Shown here: positions 57,289-64,000 of the stretch, piece after piece | Layout of the letters: the number at the start of each line of letters is the position of its first letter | Position numbering within the stretch: the stretch's first letter is position 1 | DNA from: Psilocybe cubensis | Taxonomy: Eukaryota | DNA: 64,000 nt | NCBI GenBank assembly: GCA_017499595.2 | Contig: CM039003.1 | Location: forward strand, 496,001 to 560,000 | Direction of reading: 5' to 3' | Made by a program: the position numbers and the translations under genes | Notes under the pieces: generated by a model | Told to the model about the DNA's origin: nothing | The model's input: only the letters and a program-made list of their open reading frames with translations | The model's database searches: none

Positions 57289-58696
57289 CTGGGCGTTTTC
57301 TGTCGTTGCGAGATGTCCTTATGACCCAGTTTGACGCTGGGACGAATGGTGAACAACGGTGAAAGCTTGACGATAGGTGTTGGCGTCGGCCATTCGACGA
57401 CAAAAAAATGGATGTCACGTGAGATATATTGCTCGTGTGAACCGCGACGGAGATTTCCGACGGCGTACACATTGGCTGCAAGTTGGCTTATTTCAAGGTC
57501 ATTTTGACCTGTGGGTTCTACAGTTCAAATTCGAATTTTCTGAGACCGTCGTGATTTTAAAGGTTTACCGATTTTATTACCCAATTTGTTAAACAGATTG
57601 CGAGCTGCTGAATCTGATCGTGACGCATAGATTGGGACAAACACTATTCAACTGCAACTTGCGGTATTACTACGTGGATTGGACAGCTTTCGAAGAATAA
57701 TCAACAGAAACCAACCAAAAATGAATTATATTATACAATATACGTTGACTTTGAGCTTAGTAGTACAGGGGCAGGCCGTCTCTCCAAGTTTCCTTCACCG
57801 TTAAAGTATGTTTCCGAATCCATCGTCGCAGGTGTTCCAGGTACCGGATGAGAAAACACCAATTCATTACCCGGCCCAGTGATCGTTCCAATTTGGCTTA
57901 TAATTGTTGTAGGAAGGGCGGGGGCGGGAAGGGTAGAGATAGTAAATGATGGGTTGTCGAGCAGGTGAGATGACCGCCTGCGCTTGCGGGCTCGGTCAAA
58001 GAGGAGAGACTTGGGCTTAGAGCTCGTGATTCCGTCAGAATGCGATAGTTGCTCTCCTGCTTTCTTGAGGTTAAGAGTTATCCTCGACATCATTGCAACC
58101 TGGACGTTCGGGAAATCTCAATCGATGATTAGGGGCTAAGGGGATCTAGGCGGGCGTACCGTGATTCTGCAGATGACGGGCCGGATCAGTTACTAGATGA
58201 GAAAGGTCCACTTCATAAACCAGCAAGACACTTACAGTTGCTCCATTCTGCACCTGATTTTCAGCCTCGTTATTCAAAATAAAAATTTAGTTGAACTTAC
58301 TGAGCCGCGATGTTCTTCGTACCAGGTGGTGCGGCGACGATCATAAATGTTAACACACAGGTGACGGTGAATATCACGCTACAATTAAACGTTCGATGTC
58401 GATGTCAACAGAAGCAAGAAAACTGTGCTGTAGCCGGACGATATCCCCCCGAAAGGGTGACAGCCCGTCAGCGGCGACTGACCTGTAATAGAGTAGGCCA
58501 TCCTCGAGCAGTCGTTTGATAATGTAGCTTGCTTCTTCGCGGCGGATAGGAGGCACAGTGCGGTATAGAGTCAGTCCGAAAATAATCGTGTCGTAAAGGA
58601 GGGGGATCCATGCAGACGATGACGCGGCAGCGCTTCTGTAGTTTTGTGAGATCATAAAGGTTACTGCAGCTACAGGGGAACTTACATCGATGGATC

Positions 58697-58877
58697 TGTT
58701 GTAAGTATAATGCGCAGTGGTGGTAAAAGATGTAGATTCACGACGTAGCTACACGGTTGTACCTACAGTAACTACGGAACCTATAGTAGAATAATCTAGA
58801 AAAAATATGATAAGATAAACTACAAGAGGAAGATAACGACTTAGCGACCAAGTCGCTCGCCGACTATCATTCCAACA
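58697..58877 (-). repeat. Copia 3' LTR
   Basis: TGTTG...CAACA termini; appears identical by eye to 63150-63330. Confidence 0.97.
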
Positions 58878-58884
58878 CTCCCCC

Positions 58885-61800
58885 TTAGTCGGCCAAAACT
58901 CCCAACTGCAACGTGAAACCATCGTGTGCAACGCGAGGTAAAGCCTTTGTGAAAACGTCTGCCAAATTGTTTGAAGTGTTGATGTAAACCGTGTCGAGCG
59001 TCTTCTTCTCCACCAAGTCGCGTAGGAAATGAAATGCAATGTCAATGTGCTTCGTACGGGCATGGAATTCTGGATGATGCGCAATCGAAATGGCTGCCGT
59101 ATTGTCGGTAAAGATGGTTGACGTTGATGGAATGTGGAAACCGAGCTCCGTGAAGAGTGAGCGGTGCCATAAGACTTGCTTCGCCGCATGCGTTGTGGAA
59201 ACGTATTCGGCTTCAGCGGTTGAAAGTGCGACCGTATTCTGTTTCTTCGAGCTCCATGCCACAGCGCCGCCTGCTATCGTAACCACGTATCCGCTAGTTG
59301 ATTTCCGATCGTAGTTTTCAGCCCAATCGGCGTCGCAATAAACATTGAGATTTACGTCCAAAACTTGCGAATCGCCGCCGTAAGTAAGTTTGTGATTGCG
59401 CGTGCCCTTCAGATAACGAAATATACGTTTGACAGCGGTCCAATGAGTCGATTTCGGCTTGCTGGTGAATTGCGCGAGTTTGTATACCGCAAACGCGATG
59501 TCTGGACGAGTTCCGAGTGCCAGATACATGAGCGAGCCGATGACCGTTGCATAACTGAATCCTAAACGCGAATTAACCTCCCCCTGACCGTCTCCATCCT
59601 CCCGAACACCTTCATCCTTATCCAATCGCACGTTCGGGTCCATAGGCGTCGAAACGGGGTTCGCGTCTTGTAAACCAAACTTCTCGAGGAGTTTGTCGAT
59701 GTAGTGTGCTTGCGAGAGCGAAATGTAATGGTCCTTTTGCTCGAGCTTGAATCCTAGCATCATCGAGGGCTGACCCATCGATTTAACGTCGAATTTCGAG
59801 CCTAATTCTCGCTCCAGCTGGTCGTTGAGCGAGTCGTTTGTTGAGAAACTGATTATGTCGTCCACCCAGGTAACCAAAATCGTAAAATCGCCGTTTTCAG
59901 CTCGACGGATGTAGCAGCAGTAATCGCTCTTGAGTTTCGTAAAACCGAATGAAGTGAGAGCGTTATCGAGTTCATGGTTCCATACGTTTCCTGCCTGCTT
60001 GAGACCGTAAAGCGAACGAATGAGACGGCATGCCTGACCAGTGCCATCGTCATAACCGGGTGGTTGGACCATATATATCTCCTCCGAGATGTAACCATGC
60101 AAATATGCACCCTTTATATCGAATTGACGCATCTTGAGATTGTGTACGGCCGAATATGCGAGTAGCGAGCGTAGCGTGTCGAATCGCATGACTGGTGCGA
60201 ATGTTCCGTCCTCGCTGTAGTCTGTACCAGGTCTCTGAGAGCATCCCTGAACGACTAGTCGGGCCTTGTACTTGATGACGTTCCCGTTTTCGTCCCGTTT
60301 CTTCGCGTAGACCCAACGGCATCCAACCAGTTTCCTTCCATCCGGAATCTTCATCATCTCCCAAGTACCCATCCGTAAAAGCGTCTCAATTTCTTCGTCC
60401 ATAGCTGCCTTCCACGCAGCTGCCTCACAGCTTTCCAAAGCTTCTTCAAGTGTCCGAGGTACGTCCAATTCGCGCATGGCAAAGACACGTTCCGAATCGT
60501 CTAAAATCGCGCCCCACAGCTGTTCTTTGACAATGTTTGCTTGCTCCGTTGCTGTAGACTTTGCGCTCGAGGTCTCGGTCGATTTTGTAGCGATTTGTGG
60601 TGCGTTTAGAGTCGTTTGGGATCGTGTAGTCGGTAAACGAGCATTCGGGTTGTTTGCCTTCTTGTAATCAACAAAATTGTGTTCACGAGCTGATCGACGT
60701 ATGCTGGGCTGTGGAATCGATGCTGTAGACGAAATAGGTTCGTTCTTGACGGTTTCTGGCTCGTTTTCGCTGGATTTAACGTCTGTCGATTCGTTACGCT
60801 CCCCCTCAGACGATAATCCAGGAATTTCGACGTTCTGCGGCGTTTCGTTTTCGTTAAACGATACGTTTCGCGATGACTTCACTGTGCGCGATTTGGGATC
60901 GTAATAACGCACAGACTTCGAGCCTTCGTTAAAACCAACGAATACCATCTTCTTCGACCGTGGCTTGAGCTTCGAAAGCCCCTTCGTCTCGTCTAACACC
61001 CATACATCGCATCCGAACTCCCGAAGGTGAGAAACATCCGGTTTCTTGTTGTGCCAGCCTTCATATGGTGTCTTGTCGTCGAGTGCTCGAGTAGGCGCGC
61101 GGTTGCGTAAATAATTCGCGTAATTGACCGCCTCGTCCCAGAGAAAGAGAGGTAAATTCTTCGCAATAATCATCGCACGTGCTAGCTCCAACAGCGTACG
61201 ATTGTAGCGCTCTGCGACGCCGTTCTGAGATGGGGAATATGGCGCCGTCGTCTCGATTTCAATGCCTCTCTCCGCCGCCCACTTCTTAATCCGCTCGTTC
61301 ACGAGTTCCTTGCCATTGTCCATGCGAATGTACCTCGGATACTGCCCAAACCTCCTCTTCACTCGCTCCCCATGATTCTCAATCGCCTTCGCCGCCTCCT
61401 TCTTGTCCTTCAAGAAAACCACGCCGTTGTATCGCTTCGCGTCGTCCATAAACGTAATGTAGTAATAAAATCCATTTACCGAGCGTGTTCCGATAGGACC
61501 CCATACGTCGCTCATGGTTCGCTCTCCAGGAACCGTGGATCGATTTTCTGCTTCTCCAGGGAAAGGTTTATGCGTCTGCTTCGCTTGGATGCACGCCTCG
61601 CACGATGGGGATGGAATAGACGTTTCGTCCACGGAAAGACCGACGACAAGATCGTTCCGGACGAGTTTCTGCAACGACGACACTGAGATATGGCCAAAAC
61701 GACGATGCCATTGATCCCAGGTGAGTTTTGGCGAGACGTAGTTGACCTGTTCCCCTGAATTAAGCTGAGCGCGAGCGTGAAGAATATACATCTGACCGCG

Positions 61801-63054
61801 TTTCGACCCTTTTCCAATAACCTTATCCTTCGCATCCATCAAAAGAACCTTCCCATTCTTAAACGACGAGCTCCTCCCATCCCTCTCAAACCTTCCGAGC
61901 GACATCAAAGCATTTTCGGCTTCAGGGATGTGTAAAACGTCTTTCAAACGATGAGTAATCGTCTGCCCGTCGACATCGAAGTTGAGGATGACTGTTCCGC
62001 GGCCTGCAATGATAGCTGGACTCTTTCCGACACCACGAACGGAGGAATTAACGAGTGGCGTATACTCGATGAAGGCTTCACGGACGGGACAAACGTGACT
62101 GGTGGTTGCAGAATCGTAAAGCCAGTCGTAACGAGAGAAGTTTGACGTCGAGTACGTGTGGTACGCAACCTCATCGTTGAGCGTAGTGTTGACGTCCTCC
62201 CGAGCCTGATTCGTCCGCCCTCTATTCTTCGTCTTCCGCCCCCTCGGACCCTTTCCTTCACGACCTCCGCCCTTCGCCCAGCAATCCTTCGAAATGTGCC
62301 CCATCTTGTGGCAATTATAGCACTCCTTCCCGCCGCTGCCATCCCTCGAACCATTACCCTTTCCATCCGACGACCCTTGACCTCCACGAACTTGAAGCGT
62401 AGTCCCTCCGGCACCATCACCTCCACGCTCCTTCCGACGACGAGCTTCTTCAAGGAGAACACCAACGAGCTCTTGCGAAGTGAGCGTAGGACGATTCCCG
62501 CTCGAGCCCAAAAAGGATGACGCATAATTCTCCCAAGATTCCGGCAACGAGGTGAGCAAAATCATGACGAAATCTTCGTCCGATACAATGCTGCCCATGA
62601 TGTGCAGCTCCTCCTGGAATTGACGTAGCTTTGCGATATGCTCTGCCATGTCGCATCCCTCCTCTGCGGTTGCCCGGAAAAGTGCTCGTCGTGTCGCCAA
62701 AACACCGAGTCGTCCCTTGGATTCCTTCACTGTGCACAACTGCGTCCACATCTCGCGCGCCGTGCGCGCTCCCAGGACGTGTACCATCTCCGCATCGCTT
62801 AACGCGAGTTCGATCCTGCATCGCGCTTTCGCATCTCCCTTATCCCACGCTGTCTGAGCTGCGATTTCTTCCGCCGTGGGTGCGTTCGGTTTCGCTGATC
62901 CTGGTCGAAGCGACGTGCCGTCCACGTATTTCTCCAGTCCGAGGTCCACCAGTACTGCTAGCATGCGCCGCTTCCACGGCATCCAATTGTGGGCCTTCAG
63001 TGTGTCGATGCGATATCCGCCGATGTTGACTTCCGCGGTTGTCGAGTCAGCCAT
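58885..63054 (-). CDS. Copia gag-pol polyprotein, 1389 aa (Gag, zinc knuckle, protease, integrase, RT, RNase H)
   Basis: CYNCHKMGHISKDC; WLYDSATTSH; WHRRFGH...CEAC; DVWGP/DNGKE/QNGVAER; FDIKGAYLHG, SLYGLKQA, WVDD; YCDADWA, STAEAE, KHID, ADVFTK, in copia order INT-RT-RH. Confidence 0.97.
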   Translation of the reverse strand: MADSTTAEVNIGGYRIDTLKAHNWMPWKRRMLAVLVDLGLEKYVDGTSLRPGSAKPNAPTAEEIAAQTAWDKGDAKARCRIELALSDAEMVHVLGARTAREMWTQLCTVKESKGRLGVLATRRALFRATAEEGCDMAEHIAKLRQFQEELHIMGSIVSDEDFVMILLTSLPESWENYASSFLGSSGNRPTLTSQELVGVLLEEARRRKERGGDGAGGTTLQVRGGQGSSDGKGNGSRDGSGGKECYNCHKMGHISKDCWAKGGGREGKGPRGRKTKNRGRTNQAREDVNTTLNDEVAYHTYSTSNFSRYDWLYDSATTSHVCPVREAFIEYTPLVNSSVRGVGKSPAIIAGRGTVILNFDVDGQTITHRLKDVLHIPEAENALMSLGRFERDGRSSSFKNGKVLLMDAKDKVIGKGSKRGQMYILHARAQLNSGEQVNYVSPKLTWDQWHRRFGHISVSSLQKLVRNDLVVGLSVDETSIPSPSCEACIQAKQTHKPFPGEAENRSTVPGERTMSDVWGPIGTRSVNGFYYYITFMDDAKRYNGVVFLKDKKEAAKAIENHGERVKRRFGQYPRYIRMDNGKELVNERIKKWAAERGIEIETTAPYSPSQNGVAERYNRTLLELARAMIIAKNLPLFLWDEAVNYANYLRNRAPTRALDDKTPYEGWHNKKPDVSHLREFGCDVWVLDETKGLSKLKPRSKKMVFVGFNEGSKSVRYYDPKSRTVKSSRNVSFNENETPQNVEIPGLSSEGERNESTDVKSSENEPETVKNEPISSTASIPQPSIRRSAREHNFVDYKKANNPNARLPTTRSQTTLNAPQIATKSTETSSAKSTATEQANIVKEQLWGAILDDSERVFAMRELDVPRTLEEALESCEAAAWKAAMDEEIETLLRMGTWEMMKIPDGRKLVGCRWVYAKKRDENGNVIKYKARLVVQGCSQRPGTDYSEDGTFAPVMRFDTLRSLLAYSAVHNLKMRQFDIKGAYLHGYISEEIYMVQPPGYDDGTGQACRLIRSLYGLKQAGNVWNHELDNALTSFGFTKLKSDYCCYIRRAENGDFTILVTWVDDIISFSTNDSLNDQLERELGSKFDVKSMGQPSMMLGFKLEQKDHYISLSQAHYIDKLLEKFGLQDANPVSTPMDPNVRLDKDEGVREDGDGQGEVNSRLGFSYATVIGSLMYLALGTRPDIAFAVYKLAQFTSKPKSTHWTAVKRIFRYLKGTRNHKLTYGGDSQVLDVNLNVYCDADWAENYDRKSTSGYVVTIAGGAVAWSSKKQNTVALSTAEAEYVSTTHAAKQVLWHRSLFTELGFHIPSTSTIFTDNTAAISIAHHPEFHARTKHIDIAFHFLRDLVEKKTLDTVYINTSNNLADVFTKALPRVAHDGFTLQLGVLAD

Positions 63055-63149
63055 TTGACGTCGAGTACAAGTTTAGATATAGATCGATAAGAATAGAACG
63101 AGTTTAGAACAAAGCGAGCTTTAGTTATGACCTCTCGGGGCCCATAACC

Positions 63150-63330
63150 TGTTGTAAGTATAATGCGCAGTGGTGGTAAAAGATGTAGATTCACGACGTA
63201 GCTACACGGTTGTACCTACAGTAACTACGGAACCTATAGTAGAATAATCTAGAAAAAATATGATAAGATAAACTACAAGAGGAAGATAACGACTTAGCGA
63301 CCAAGTCGCTCGCCGACTATCATTCCAACA
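63150..63330 (-). repeat. Copia 5' LTR
   Basis: TGTTG...CAACA termini; followed on the minus strand by the PBS. Confidence 0.97.
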
Positions 63331-64000
63331 GGATCGAAAACCATACTACAAGCTATAAATCTATTATCATCCTCAGCTTCTTGGAGATAAGGAAAATTGG
63401 AGTACCATGTATCCCAGAGGCAGGGTTGTGCACCACGGCTATTATCAAATTTCTTTAAGCGCCCGTGCGATTTGGGCAGGTCATACAGAAAGGGACGCGT
63501 ACGTTCAGCTCGGCTGATAAGCCAGACATTCATTGCTGTCTCTATCGCCAGTATCGTGGCGAGGCCGCGAGTTATCCATTTCTGGAGAGGATACAATGCG
63601 TGAATTCGTAGTAGCATCATCAGGCCAACGACTTCGACGGCAATTGCAACGGTGCAACCTTCGTATCGTACAAATCTTCCGCATCTGGAATATTAGAATA
63701 CTGTAAGCATGATTAAGAAAGAACATGAGGCTGTATACCTACCTCTGGATTCAGTTGGGAATTGAAAGGAGCAAAATTCCGTCAACAATCTGGTTTGACG
63801 TTAGGATTACACTTGGCATACCTCTGGAGTCCACGTTGGAGATAAATAAGCTGATAAACAAATTTAAGGCTAACGCAATGCGGAACGTTAATGTTTCATA
63901 CCAAATAAATTCAAGATGAATCCAAGAGGTGTGAAATAGCGATTCTAAGGAAGCGCAATTAGCAAAATGTAGAAACTTGAATTAATTCTGGTAACTGCAT

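Larger units (their letters stand above)
58697..63330 (-). mobile_element. Full-length Ty1/copia LTR retrotransposon (4634 bp)
   Basis: Two 181-bp LTRs, 5-bp TSD GGATC (58692-58696, 63331-63335), PBS GGTTATGGGCCC next to the 5' LTR, PPT AAGGGGGAG next to the 3' LTR, single intact polyprotein. Confidence 0.98.
57731..64000 (-). pseudogene. Multi-TM membrane protein of the basidiomycete-expanded type (DUF6533-like), 5' end outside window, disrupted by a copia insertion in an exon
   Basis: Exons RFVRYEGCTVAIAVEVVGLMMLLRIHALY, CSMVFDP|SI, AWIPLLYDTIIFGLTLYRT, LLEDGLLYY, VAMMSRITLNLKK; element sits inside codons FDP-S. Confidence 0.8.

Noticed and set aside
56111..57362. Plus-strand ORFs of 168 and 234 aa
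   Set aside because: Antisense to RRP6 exons

Overview
Intron-rich fungal genomic DNA (short GT-AG introns; gene content points to an agaricomycete mushroom, species not determinable). The first ~40 kb is an accessory region. It holds the 3' end of a Ty3/gypsy element, two tandem S10 carboxypeptidases flanking a 2OG-Fe(II) oxygenase, and a secreted GH24 lysozyme with two Cys-rich modules. It also holds NepI-like MFS transporters (two genes plus a solo-LTR-disrupted relic), a ~7.2 kb subgroup-C (killer-toxin-like) GH18 chitinase and, head-to-head with it, a 10-LysM protein gene broken by a 1178-bp TIR transposon. Four paralogous membrane-anchored atypical kinase-like genes are spread over 9-49 kb. 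The right part holds core genes (SMC3, a DHA1-type MFS, RRP6), a CACTA-like MITE, and an apparently intact, very young Ty1/copia element inserted into an exon of a membrane-protein gene. The best candidate for an undescribed system is the chitinase: chitin-binding + GH18 + beta-rich domain + clustered dibasic sites + HNH-like C-terminus, i.e. a possible single-gene AB-type toxin paired with a LysM partner. Exon structures were assembled by eye and no database searches were run.
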